This document shows, piece by piece, positions 39,546 through 48,749 of a stretch of DNA of 58,184 nt. Position numbers and translations under genes: made by a program. The stretch lies in NCBI GenBank assembly GCA_035483335.1, contig DATHPX010000283.1:1-58184 (forward strand). Direction: 5' to 3'. Each line of letters starts with the position of its first letter. Positions within the stretch are counted from its first letter, which is position 1. The notes beneath the pieces were generated by a model. The model worked only from the letters and a program-made list of their open reading frames with translations, searched no databases and was not told where the DNA came from. This DNA is from Caulobacteraceae bacterium. Lineage in GTDB: Bacteria; Pseudomonadota; Alphaproteobacteria; Caulobacterales; Caulobacteraceae.

Positions 39546-40690
39546 CACTGGGTTCCCCCTGTTCCGCCCATCGGCTTCCACAGGTTAGTCGGCACCTGGG
39601 CCGCCGGTTGCAGCTTCTTGGGCCAATCGGCGGAGGTGAACCGGACATAACCCATGCCCGGCAGCCCGGTCTTCACCAGCGCCTCGTATTGCAGCAGTTT
39701 GTCCCTGGGGATCTGCAGCTTCACCCGGAACGTCAGGTTATGGCGCTCTTCCGCCGTCTCAACGGTCTTGGGCGTGAACTGCGCCATGGGCGAGACGAAC
39801 GAGACAAACGCACGGATCGGATACTGGGGCGCCGCGTCCAGGACGATGCGGGCCTCCGAGCCTACCTTCAGCCTCCCGGTCACCTCCGCAGGCAGGAAGA
39901 TGTACATGTAGACGTCCGACAGGTCGGTCACCGACAGCACGCGTCCACCCGCCGGCAGCACCTCGCCGGGCTCGGCAAGCCGCGTCTCCACGCGTCCGCG
40001 GATCGGAGAAAGCAGCGTCATGTCCTTGATCTGGGCCCGGATGCGGTCGGCGGTGGCCTGCGCCGCCGCGATCGTCGACAGAGTCTGAGTCGCCGAGGCC
40101 TTCGTTCCCACGAGCTGGGCTTGCGTTCCGGCGAGCTGGGCTCGTGACGCGAGCATGGCCGCGTTGTCGATCTCGGCCTCGCGCTGGCTTACCGCGCCAC
40201 TCGGCACCAGATCCTTCGATCGATCGTACTGTTTGAGAGCGTAGTCGTAGTCCGCGTTCTTCACTGAAACCTGGGTGGCGGCAGTGTTAACCTGGGAGAT
40301 GGCCACGTTGCGGCTGTCCCTGGCCGCCGTGATCTGAGCCTCGGCCTCGCGCAACTGGGCGTCGAGGGTCGAGGTGTCCATTTGGGCCACCACCTGGCCG
40401 GCCTGCACATCATCGCCCTCGTGGAACAGCACCTGATCGATGCGTCCCGCGTATTTCGGTGAGATGAAGACCTGCGTCGCCTCGAGGCGGCCGTTGCCGC
40501 TGGCGAAGCCCGCCGGCAGTCCTGGCCGGGAAAGGATCCTCCAGGCGACGAAGGCGACGACAGCCGCCACGGCCAATCCAGCGATCAGGAGGAGGCGGCG
40601 ATTACCGCCACTCCCCCTTCGTCTGCCCGTCACCGCACCCGCCGCTGCTGGTTTCGGCGAAGCGACAGGCGCCACTCGAGCTTCAGCCAT
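39545..40690 (-). CDS. HlyD-family membrane fusion protein YhiI-like
   Basis: N-terminal TM, FASGNGRLEA, EPGEVLPAGG, AQFTPKTVET, KTGLPG. Confidence 0.9.
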   Translation of the reverse strand: MAEARVAPVASPKPAAAGAVTGRRRGSGGNRRLLLIAGLAVAAVVAFVAWRILSRPGLPAGFASGNGRLEATQVFISPKYAGRIDQVLFHEGDDVQAGQVVAQMDTSTLDAQLREAEAQITAARDSRNVAISQVNTAATQVSVKNADYDYALKQYDRSKDLVPSGAVSQREAEIDNAAMLASRAQLAGTQAQLVGTKASATQTLSTIAAAQATADRIRAQIKDMTLLSPIRGRVETRLAEPGEVLPAGGRVLSVTDLSDVYMYIFLPAEVTGRLKVGSEARIVLDAAPQYPIRAFVSFVSPMAQFTPKTVETAEERHNLTFRVKLQIPRDKLLQYEALVKTGLPGMGYVRFTSADWPKKLQPAAQVPTNLWKPMGGTGGTQ

Positions 40691-40928
40691 GTTCGCCCAA
40701 TCCGTTTGGTCCCGATCGGCGGAAATCCTAGGCTCGCGAAGTCCGGGGGATATCAGGTGAAGTCCGGGCGCCAGCCCCCGTGCAGACCGACCCTGCCTCT
40801 TCCCTCCCCCGGCGCGAACTTGTCAGCGGTGCTTCAGGGTTTTACCCGCGATGCTGGATCGCGCCGTGCAAGGACGTTCGTCTTGCGAGACAGACGCCTA
40901 GCCCGGATCGCGGCCGACCTGGCGACGT

Positions 40929-41915
40929 CTAGTTCTTGACGGACACGGCCTTGGCAGCCGCCTTCAGACTCTGCACGACTTTGATTCCGCGCTGGGCCCT
41001 TTGCTTCACATCGGGACGGGGATCGCGCTGGAGCGCCTCCTGGTACCAGGCCTCGACCGCATCGAGGTCCCCGACCGGGACGCCGCCCCTGAAGGCGTAG
41101 GTTCCTCCGGAGGGCTTCTTTCCGCCCGTGAGGTCAGAGAACAACTGGTCGGCCACTAAAATGCAGACGAGCGGGTCTCCCGCCTTCTCCGCGGCCTCCC
41201 AAAGGGCGACGGCCTTCTTGGTGTCCTTCTTGCCGCCATCCCCGGCAGCGTACATCTCCCCAAGCCGCCGCAATGCCTGGGGGTTGTTCCTGTCGGCGGC
41301 CATGGCGTACCACTTGCGCGCCTCCTGGTGGTCCTCCTTGACCCCACGTCCGTAGAAGTAGGCGTCGCCCACCACGAGTTGCGCTTCCACATCCCCCGCG
41401 TTCGCGGACTCCTTGCAAAGTCCCACGCCGCGCCCCGCCTGCGCCGGCGAGCCAAGAAGCATCAGGCCTAGCGCGCATTTCGACTTCGGGAAGCCCATCT
41501 GGTCGGCGCGCAGGTAGGCGGCCTCGGCCTTGGCGTTGTCCTTCGCGCCCGTGAGGCCGTTCTGCCAGCACACGCCAACCAGATGCATGGCGTCGGCCCG
41601 GCTCGAGGAGGCCTTCTGCTCATAGCCGCAGCCCTTCTTCGCGTCCGGAGGCACGCGGTTGCGGCCGTAGATGAGCATGACCCCGGCGTAGAACTGCGCG
41701 TCTGTACGCCCGGCGTCCGCGAGTCTGATCAGCTCGGCGGGCTGGCCGGCGTCCGCCTTGTCCATGGCCGCCTTCACGTCCGGGGACACTGGCGGCTCCG
41801 CCCAGGCCTGGCTCGAGGCCGGAGCGGCGGCGATCGCAGCGGGCGCATAGGCGAGGAGGGCCAGCTGCGCGAGACGTTTGCAGAATGGGACAAGCCGTAT
41901 GCGAGGCTGCTTCAT
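40929..41915 (-). CDS. Secreted Sel1-like repeat protein
   Basis: Signal peptide; AQLVVGDAYFYGRGVKEDHQEARKWYAMAA and similar repeats. Confidence 0.85.
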   Translation of the reverse strand: MKQPRIRLVPFCKRLAQLALLAYAPAAIAAAPASSQAWAEPPVSPDVKAAMDKADAGQPAELIRLADAGRTDAQFYAGVMLIYGRNRVPPDAKKGCGYEQKASSSRADAMHLVGVCWQNGLTGAKDNAKAEAAYLRADQMGFPKSKCALGLMLLGSPAQAGRGVGLCKESANAGDVEAQLVVGDAYFYGRGVKEDHQEARKWYAMAADRNNPQALRRLGEMYAAGDGGKKDTKKAVALWEAAEKAGDPLVCILVADQLFSDLTGGKKPSGGTYAFRGGVPVGDLDAVEAWYQEALQRDPRPDVKQRAQRGIKVVQSLKAAAKAVSVKN

Positions 41916-42047
41916 GCAGGGACCGCCGAGGGAAACCTCGGCCAAGGCTACGCGCGTGAAAGGGCCGGGCGACCCGATCAAACCCTGAGAGGCGCCGAGG
42001 GCGCCGCCTGAGGGTCGCCGCGCAGCAGTCGACGCAGAAGTCGGATC

Positions 42048-43079
42048 CTAGTCCCGCGGGAACCCCGCAACGTCCCGTGCGGCGGCTCGGCTCACGTCGG
42101 GACAGGTGCTCGGAAACACTTCCGTGCCGTGGATCGTGCCCATGGCCTGATGACAGCGGGCCGTAACCCCCGCTCTCAACAGAAGACGATAGAAATTGAT
42201 CCCCTCGTCACGCAGAGGGTCGCACTCGTTGACGCTGATGACGGTTGGCGGCAACCCCTTCACGTCATCCTCGGTGGCGAAACTGGGCCAGGCGAGCGGG
42301 TCCCGCGCTTCGTACGCCGCGATCCCGTACCCCATCCGGCCGCGGTTGTTGTGCAGCTCAAGCAGAATGCCGTTGTTTTCCACGGAGGACGGCGCAGCCG
42401 GGTCCGGCCACTTTCCCAGGATGTAGGGACAGAAGGCGTAGATCCCCTTGATCAGGCGAATCTCGCCGCGCCGCAAAAGGCTCAGCCCGACGGCCAGGGC
42501 CAGGTTCCCACCGCCGCTCTCGCCCGAGACCACGATCCGCGCCGCATCCACTCCAAGTCGTTCCGCGTTGGCGGAGGTCCACTTGAGTGCGGCGACGCAG
42601 TCGTTCAGCCCGGCCGGGTAAGGCGCGACGTCCGGAGTCGAGGACGGGCTCAGCGAATTGCGGAAATCGGGCTGTACGACGGTCACGCGTTCGTGCGCGA
42701 GCAGGCGCGCCCACACGCGCTGGTTTCCGTCGAAACAAGACATGGAGGCCATACCCCCGCCGTGGATGTAGTAGACGCACGGCAGAGGGCCCGCCCCCTG
42801 AGGCCGGGTGATGCGGAGGTTGATTGTGTTTCCGTCAGGCTCGCAAACGACCTTCTCCGTTCGGACCTCGAGGCCCGCGGACGGCGAGATGTCTTCCCGA
42901 TCGACGGAATCGAGGAGCATCTTGAGGCCCGCGGCGCGCTGTTCGGCCTCCGGGCCCGATAGCTCGGCGATCATCGCCTCTCGACTGACGGCGTCACCGG
43001 GACTGGCGATCGGCATGGCGCCGAATGCGGCCTTTATCCGGGGATCGATGCGAGGATCGTCGGCGAGCTTGGAGGCCAT
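42048..43079 (-). CDS. Alpha/beta hydrolase (HSL/family IV esterase)
   Basis: YIHGGG, GESGGG, ECDPLRDEG, GTIHG. Confidence 0.9.
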   Translation of the reverse strand: MASKLADDPRIDPRIKAAFGAMPIASPGDAVSREAMIAELSGPEAEQRAAGLKMLLDSVDREDISPSAGLEVRTEKVVCEPDGNTINLRITRPQGAGPLPCVYYIHGGGMASMSCFDGNQRVWARLLAHERVTVVQPDFRNSLSPSSTPDVAPYPAGLNDCVAALKWTSANAERLGVDAARIVVSGESGGGNLALAVGLSLLRRGEIRLIKGIYAFCPYILGKWPDPAAPSSVENNGILLELHNNRGRMGYGIAAYEARDPLAWPSFATEDDVKGLPPTVISVNECDPLRDEGINFYRLLLRAGVTARCHQAMGTIHGTEVFPSTCPDVSRAAARDVAGFPRD

Positions 43080-43169
43080 CGGCGGCTGTTCCCAGGTGGC
43101 TAAGGTGAGCGACGATGCGGCGCACCTGTGCGAAATTCAACAGCAAGGTCCAGATCGCAAAGGGCGCGC

Positions 43170-44171
43170 ATGGTCCTGACGATCGCCATCCGCGATGACC
43201 CCGGCCCGATCACCCTGCCTTCGGGCGTGACGGCCTGGGCGCTGACGACGGGAGAGGACGGCATGCGCACCCAGGTGCGCGGGCTGGCGCAGACGGTCGC
43301 CGACGTCGTCGTCGAGAAGATCGCACCTGCGCGCAGCTTCTCCGCAGCGCTCGGAGCGCTCACTGCAGCGCCCAGCCTGGCCCGAGCCTTCGCCCCTCCC
43401 TGGCCTGACATCCTGATCACCTGCGGCCGACGCTCGGCGCCCTACGCGGTCGCCATAAAGCGTGCGAGCGGCGGCCGGATGCTGGCCGTGCACGTGCAGG
43501 ATCCGCGGGCCTTCCGCACCGAATTCGACCTCATCATCGCCATGGACCACGACCGGATCGCCGAGGGGCCCGGTGTGATCAAGGTGGCGACGGCGTTGCA
43601 CGACATTACCCCGGCGGCTCTCGCCGCGGCGGCGGAAGGATGGAGGCTTCGCTTCGAGCGGCTGGGACGGCCGCTGGCCGGAGTTACGATCGGCGGCGAT
43701 CTTCGTGGCCGCCCCTTCAGCCTCGACGACGGTCAGCGGCTCCTGGCGGGACTGCAGAGTCTGCGCAAGGCTGGGCTCGGCCTCGCCATCACGCCCTCAC
43801 GTCGGACGCCCCTGCCTGTGCGAGCCCTTCTCGCCGAAGCTTTCGACGGCGACAACCGCGTCTTCCTCTGGGACCTGGAGGGCGAAAATCCCTATCGGGC
43901 AATCCTTGCTCTGGCTGACCGCCTCGTCGTGACCACCGACAGCGTCTCAATGGTTTCCGAAGCGATCGCCACGGGTCATCCGGTGGAGTTGCTCGACCTC
44001 GGCTTCCGCCGACACGTCGGATTCGTCCAGGACCTGGTGGACAAGGGGCTCGCCCGACGCTTCGAAGGCGACCCCTCGCCGTTCAGCACGCGTGGACCCT
44101 TCGATTCGACGCAGGTCGCGGCGGCCGCGGTACGGCGCCTGCTTCAGGCCCGGACTGGGATCGTTGGATAG
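43170..44171 (+). CDS. ELM1/GtrOC1 family putative glycosyltransferase
   Basis: PPWPDILITCGRR, HVQDPR, HD, TPSRRTP, NPY, TTDSVSMVSEA. Confidence 0.85.
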   Translation: MVLTIAIRDDPGPITLPSGVTAWALTTGEDGMRTQVRGLAQTVADVVVEKIAPARSFSAALGALTAAPSLARAFAPPWPDILITCGRRSAPYAVAIKRASGGRMLAVHVQDPRAFRTEFDLIIAMDHDRIAEGPGVIKVATALHDITPAALAAAAEGWRLRFERLGRPLAGVTIGGDLRGRPFSLDDGQRLLAGLQSLRKAGLGLAITPSRRTPLPVRALLAEAFDGDNRVFLWDLEGENPYRAILALADRLVVTTDSVSMVSEAIATGHPVELLDLGFRRHVGFVQDLVDKGLARRFEGDPSPFSTRGPFDSTQVAAAAVRRLLQARTGIVG

Positions 44172-44875
44172 GCGAGCTGCTCGCGCGCCCGCCATTCGTC
44201 CGTGACATAGTTCATGATCACCGAGCGCCGAATTCCCGGGATCGGCCGCCTCGCAAGGCCATGCCAGGTTCCCGAGCCGGGAACGAAGACAAGCGCGGAA
44301 TTGTCGATGAAGGGCGAGCGCTTCGCCCATGTGTCAGGGTCCGCATAGATATCGGTGCCGAGATCCGAATGATCCTCGGTCTCCGCGAGATAGATCAGCA
44401 TGGTGAAGCGCTTGACGCCCAGGTCGGTATGCGGCTCCAGCCAGAAGCCGTCCGCGTCCTGGGCGTATTCCAGACGAACATAGGAGCCCGCCAGAATGGC
44501 GCCGGTGTTGCTCTCGATCATCCCGACGACCTCGGAGGACTGGAAGGCGTCGGCGATCGCGCCACACGTGTCGAAACGGGCGTTGTTGGCCGCGTCGAAA
44601 TAGTGCCGCTGGTCGTTGTGCAGTTCGCGTTTGCCGGAAACGCCATGAAGGTCGGGAGGCGAGAACGGCAGGCGTCGAATCTGGTCCGTCAGCCCCGCTG
44701 GAAACACGGGTCCGACGCTCCAGTGGCGATAGGGAACGTCGTCCGCACGGGCGGCGGCGAAGGCCGCGGCGAGCGAGTCCTGGATGGCTCTGGTAAGGGC
44801 GTCGCGCGTCTGGGGGAGGGTCAAGTGCGGCTCTGAGGCGGGAATCGGTCGGGGGAGGCCCACCCAGACCCTCAT
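44144..44875 (-). CDS. 2OG-Fe(II) oxygenase
   Basis: FWLEPHTD, LGTDIY, TWHG, RRSVIMNYV; the start may be a downstream TTG. Confidence 0.8.
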   Translation of the reverse strand: MRVWVGLPRPIPASEPHLTLPQTRDALTRAIQDSLAAAFAAARADDVPYRHWSVGPVFPAGLTDQIRRLPFSPPDLHGVSGKRELHNDQRHYFDAANNARFDTCGAIADAFQSSEVVGMIESNTGAILAGSYVRLEYAQDADGFWLEPHTDLGVKRFTMLIYLAETEDHSDLGTDIYADPDTWAKRSPFIDNSALVFVPGSGTWHGLARRPIPGIRRSVIMNYVTDEWRAREQLAYPTIPVRA

Positions 44876-44955
44876 CTAGGCCAACGTGCGCTCCCAGTCA
44901 CCTGCGGCTGCTGGCGCCAGGCGTGAAGGAGCCTCGAGCGTCCTTTGCCGACCAA

Positions 44956-46377
44956 TCAGAGCGCCGGCCAGCGGAACGCCCAGGGTCGCGCCTGCTCCAA
45001 CTGCGCCGCAAGCCTGAAGAGCACGGCCTCGCCGGCAGGCTGGCCGACGAATTGTACGCCCAGCGGCAGGCCTTCTGAAGTCCGGGACAGCGGGACCGTC
45101 ATGGCCGGCTGGCCGGTGATATTGAAGGCCTGGGTGTTGGGCATGAAGTGGAACAGCCGCTTGGCGTATTCCGCCGGACCGCCGCCCCGAAGCCACCCGA
45201 TGGGCGGAGGCGGGCAGCCGAGGGTCGAGGTGAGCAGGACGTCGAACCCCTGGAATGTACGCGCCGCCTGGCGACCGAAGGCGTGGGCGGTCTGTAGAGC
45301 GCGGATGTAATCGCTGGCGTGGATCTCCCGCCCGCGCTGGTAGAGGGCGAGCGTATAGGCGTCGATCTCGTCCTCGCCGATCTCCCTCCCCCGGCGCCCC
45401 GCCTCGTTGTTGAGGAGGGTGGCGATGTTCGCGGCGATGATGAGCCCGCCCGCCTCGCGCACGGGCTCGTATTCCCAGTCGAGGACGATCTCCTCGACCC
45501 GATGGCCAAGATCCTGGCACACGCGCGCCGCATCCCGCACGGCCTCGGCGCACAGCGGGTCGATGGCGTCCGAGGCGATCGCCTGGGTCGTGAACGCCAC
45601 GCGAAGTACGCCGACGTCGGCTCCAACCTCCTCGGCGAAGGGACGGTCGGAGCGCTCGGCCCAGTAGGGATCCCCGGGTTGCGGACGCGAGACGACGTCG
45701 AGGAGGACGGCGCTGTCTCGCACCGATCGGCTGACGACATGCGAGATCGAGAAGCCGCCCCAGCCCTCATCGGCCGGCGCCATGGACACGCGACCCCGCG
45801 AAGGCTTCATCCCGAACAGGCCGCAGCAGGAGGCTGGAATGCGGATCGATCCGCCGCCGTCGCTGGCATGGGCCGCCGGAACGATGCCGGCCGCCACGGC
45901 GGCCGCCGCCCCGCCCGACGAACCGCCTGGGGTACGATCGGTGTTCCAGGGATTGCGGCTTGGACCGAACAGTTCCGGCTCGGTCACCGGCTCCAGCCCG
46001 AATTCGGGCGTGTTGGTCTTGCCGAAGATGACGAGTCCGGCTCCGCGATAAGCGGACACGATCGCACTATCGGCGGCGGCAGGCTCGGTGGCGAACACCT
46101 TCGATCCGGCGGAGGTGGGAAAGCCCGCGAGAGACGCGCCCAGATCCTTCAGCAGAAACGGGACGCCAGCCAGAGGTCCCCCGCCGCCATTGCGGCGCGC
46201 CGCCGTCCGGGCGTCTTCGTAGAGCGGAAGACTGATCGCGTTAAGGCGCGGGTTCACGGCCTCGGCGCGGGAGATCGCCGCCTCGAGCGCCTCCGAAGCG
46301 GTTATCTCCCGCCGCCGGATCCGTTCGGCCAGTCCAACCGCGTCGTGCGCCCGGTAGTCGGCTTCGTTCATCGCCAT
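44956..46377 (-). CDS. Amidase signature family enzyme
   Basis: GVPFLLKD, GKTNTPE, GGSSGG, SDGGGSIRIPAS. Confidence 0.93.
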   Translation of the reverse strand: MAMNEADYRAHDAVGLAERIRRREITASEALEAAISRAEAVNPRLNAISLPLYEDARTAARRNGGGGPLAGVPFLLKDLGASLAGFPTSAGSKVFATEPAAADSAIVSAYRGAGLVIFGKTNTPEFGLEPVTEPELFGPSRNPWNTDRTPGGSSGGAAAAVAAGIVPAAHASDGGGSIRIPASCCGLFGMKPSRGRVSMAPADEGWGGFSISHVVSRSVRDSAVLLDVVSRPQPGDPYWAERSDRPFAEEVGADVGVLRVAFTTQAIASDAIDPLCAEAVRDAARVCQDLGHRVEEIVLDWEYEPVREAGGLIIAANIATLLNNEAGRRGREIGEDEIDAYTLALYQRGREIHASDYIRALQTAHAFGRQAARTFQGFDVLLTSTLGCPPPPIGWLRGGGPAEYAKRLFHFMPNTQAFNITGQPAMTVPLSRTSEGLPLGVQFVGQPAGEAVLFRLAAQLEQARPWAFRWPAL

Positions 46378-46444
46378 CTCCTCCCGCCATTCCCTGCCAA
46401 GTCAGCTAGTTATCGGCGGCGGGCCAGGCGACGTAAAGCGCCGC

Positions 46445-46870
46445 TCAGTCGTCGCCGCGGGGCTTCCCGCGCATCGCCTTTACGCCGGAACGGCGGGCCT
46501 TCACTTCCAGCCGCTCGAGCCGGGAGGACAGCGTGGGCCGCGTCGCACGTCGCCGCTTGGGTCGGATCGCCGCCTGCCTGAGGAGCGCCGCAAGCCGTTC
46601 GCGCGCGGCCTCACGGTTCATCGTCTGGGAGCGATGCTCCTGGGCGAACAGGACGATGACGCCCTCGGCGTTCAGGCGCGAGCCGGCCAGCCGCTCCAGT
46701 CGCGCCTTGGCGTCCTCGGGCAAGGCTGCCGACCCTCGCACGTCGAAGCGCAGCTCTACCGCGGTGCTCGTCTTGTTGACGTGCTGTCCGCCCGGCCCGC
46801 TCGACCTGGCCGCCCGCTCGGTCGCTTCGTCAAGCGCGTCGGCAAGCCAGGGCGCATCCTGCCCCGCCAT
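46445..46870 (-). CDS. arfB: Alternative ribosome rescue peptidyl-tRNA hydrolase ArfB
   Basis: RSSGPGGQHVNK, RSQ..NR, basic C-terminal tail RRATRP. Confidence 0.92.
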   Translation of the reverse strand: MAGQDAPWLADALDEATERAARSSGPGGQHVNKTSTAVELRFDVRGSAALPEDAKARLERLAGSRLNAEGVIVLFAQEHRSQTMNREAARERLAALLRQAAIRPKRRRATRPTLSSRLERLEVKARRSGVKAMRGKPRGDD

Positions 46871-46935
46871 CGTTGCGCCCTCTCCGAAGCGATGCCGCCG
46901 TCAGCGCCCGAACCGGCCGAAGCGCAGGCCCGCGC

Positions 46936-47706
46936 CTACGCGTCGTACCCGGGGTTCTCGCGATCCAGACGGCGCAGGCAGCCTGGCCAGGCGAGGCCGC
47001 CGCCGATGCCACGGCCTGTCTGGGTCCGCACCTCCGCCTGGCTGGCCTCGGGCGCGATGCGCACGTTCTCGCGTCCGACCGACAGGGCCATGACCTGCTG
47101 CTTACAGGCGCGCTCCAGGTAGAACATGTTCACCCAGCAATCCGCCGCCGTCGCGCCGGTCGTCAGCGTGCCGTGGTTGCGCAGCAGCAGCATCGTCTTA
47201 TCGCCCAGGTCCGCGACCAGACGGGTCTTCTCGTCCGGGTTCAGGGCGATGCCCTCGTAGTCGTGGTACGCCAGACGAGGCAGACAGATCAGGGCGTGCT
47301 GGCTGAGCGGCAGAAGGCCTTCCACCTGCGCCGACACGGCGACGCCCTGGTCCGAGTGCAGGTGCATCACATAATGGGCGTCATCCCGCGCGGCGTGGAT
47401 CGCCGAGTGGATCGTGAAGCCCGCCGGATTGATGAAGTACGGTGTCTCCTGAAGGATCTTCCCTTCCAGATCGATCTTCACGAGCGAGGAGGCGGTGATC
47501 TCCTCAAAGAACATTCCGTACGGATTGATCAGGAAATTGTGGTCCGTGCCGGGAATACGGGCCGAGATGTGGGTGTAGATCATGTCGTCCCAGCCATAGA
47601 GGGCGACGAGGCGATAGAGGGCGGCCAGATCCACCCTCGCCTTCCACTCCTCCTCCGAAACCTTCTCGCGCAGCGAGGCTGCGACGGCCACGGATCCATC
47701 GGCCAC
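46936..47706 (-). CDS. Class II aldolase/adducin family protein
   Basis: RVDLAALYR, THISAR, GFTIHSAIH, HLHS, LRNHG; GTG start after CAGGAG. Confidence 0.9.
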   Translation of the reverse strand: MADGSVAVAASLREKVSEEEWKARVDLAALYRLVALYGWDDMIYTHISARIPGTDHNFLINPYGMFFEEITASSLVKIDLEGKILQETPYFINPAGFTIHSAIHAARDDAHYVMHLHSDQGVAVSAQVEGLLPLSQHALICLPRLAYHDYEGIALNPDEKTRLVADLGDKTMLLLRNHGTLTTGATAADCWVNMFYLERACKQQVMALSVGRENVRIAPEASQAEVRTQTGRGIGGGLAWPGCLRRLDRENPGYDA

Positions 47707-47796
47707 GGCGTCTACTCCTGATCGTTTGGTGTCCCGGGAAAGGATCGGCCCCCCGAGCCTCAGCGTCAAGCGGCGGCGCGGCGGACCGGATGGTGG

Positions 47797-48009
47797 TTAC
47801 GCGTGGTGGCGGCGACGCTCCTCCTGCCGCCGATGGGCCATGTGGTGGCCGATGACGCAGCCCGCCGCCGCGCCCGCCAGCGCATGGTGGCCAGCGAGGT
47901 GGCCGGCGACGCCCCCGACCACAGCGCCCTTCACGCAGCCGGCGTCCGCCGCCCCAGCTGCGCCTGTGACGAGGCTCAAGGTCATCAGGGTGGCGATAGT
48001 GTTCTTCAT
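47797..48009 (-). CDS. Small secreted glycine-zipper-like protein
   Basis: Signal peptide; GCVKGAVVGGVAGHLAGHHALAGAAAGCVIGHH. Confidence 0.75.
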   Translation of the reverse strand: MKNTIATLMTLSLVTGAAGAADAGCVKGAVVGGVAGHLAGHHALAGAAAGCVIGHHMAHRRQEERRRHHA

Positions 48010-48059
48010 CGAGGTCTCCGAATCTTACGCGCCAGTCTAACCGGCGCATTGGGGCTGCA

Positions 48060-48172
48060 AATGGCCGCGCCTGTAGATTGTTCCTGGCCGGGGTCGTGGC
48101 GTCCGTTCCCGTCCGTGATGGGACAAGCACGGCCACTTGACCTTGAGGGAACGCGTCGCGGCGACGGCGATT
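48060..48172. promoter_or_regulatory. Divergent pair of putative sigmaT/EcfG promoters
   Basis: Minus strand GGAAC-N16-CATT (48084-48060); plus strand GGAAC-N16-GATT (48148-48172); consensus is GGAAC-N16/17-CGTT. Confidence 0.55.
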
Positions 48173-48201
48173 AACAGCGGTGCGCAGTCAGGAGTTTTTC
48201 C

Positions 48202-48705
48202 ATGACCACCGATCTGAGGGACAAGGCAGCCGTCGAGCACAAACTCTGGGCCGAGATCGCGGATACCGGGTTCGGGATGCTCGCGACGCTCACGCACGTG
48301 CATGATCATCTGCAGCCGATGAGTGCTTTCTGCGAGCCGGAGTCCGAGCAAATCTGGTTCTATACCCACGGCGACTCCAGCCTCGCACTGGCCGCCGAGG
48401 GCGGCGCCGAGGCCGTGTTCGTCTGCGTTTCACGCGATCGGGAGCTGCAGGCCTCCATCCTGGGAGGCCTGCATACGACGCTCGATCTGCTTCACCGCGA
48501 CAAGTTCTGGAACTCGAGCGTCGCCGCTTGGTACCCCAAGGGCAAGAACGACCCGAGCCTGACCATGCTGTGCCTGGACTGCCGCGACGCGATGGTCTGG
48601 ATCTCGGAGGCTGGCGCCATGAAGTCCGGGTGGGAGATCGCCCGCGCCAACCTCACGGGGAGCGAGCCCAACCTGGGCGGCAGGACGACTCTTCAACTCG
48701 GCTGA
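48202..48705 (+). CDS. General stress protein, pyridoxamine 5'-phosphate oxidase-like (GSP26)
   Basis: HLQPM, IWFYT, WNSSVAAWYPKGKNDP, WEIARANLTG..P..G. Confidence 0.85.
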   Translation: MTTDLRDKAAVEHKLWAEIADTGFGMLATLTHVHDHLQPMSAFCEPESEQIWFYTHGDSSLALAAEGGAEAVFVCVSRDRELQASILGGLHTTLDLLHRDKFWNSSVAAWYPKGKNDPSLTMLCLDCRDAMVWISEAGAMKSGWEIARANLTGSEPNLGGRTTLQLG

Positions 48706-48749
48706 CTCCCCTACCTTTTTTTGGGTCGCGGCGGAGGATCCGCGCGCCG

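Noticed and set aside
24170-42000. Integrative element or prophage explanation for the accessory block
   Set aside because: No integrase, transposase, tRNA target or flanking direct repeats seen.
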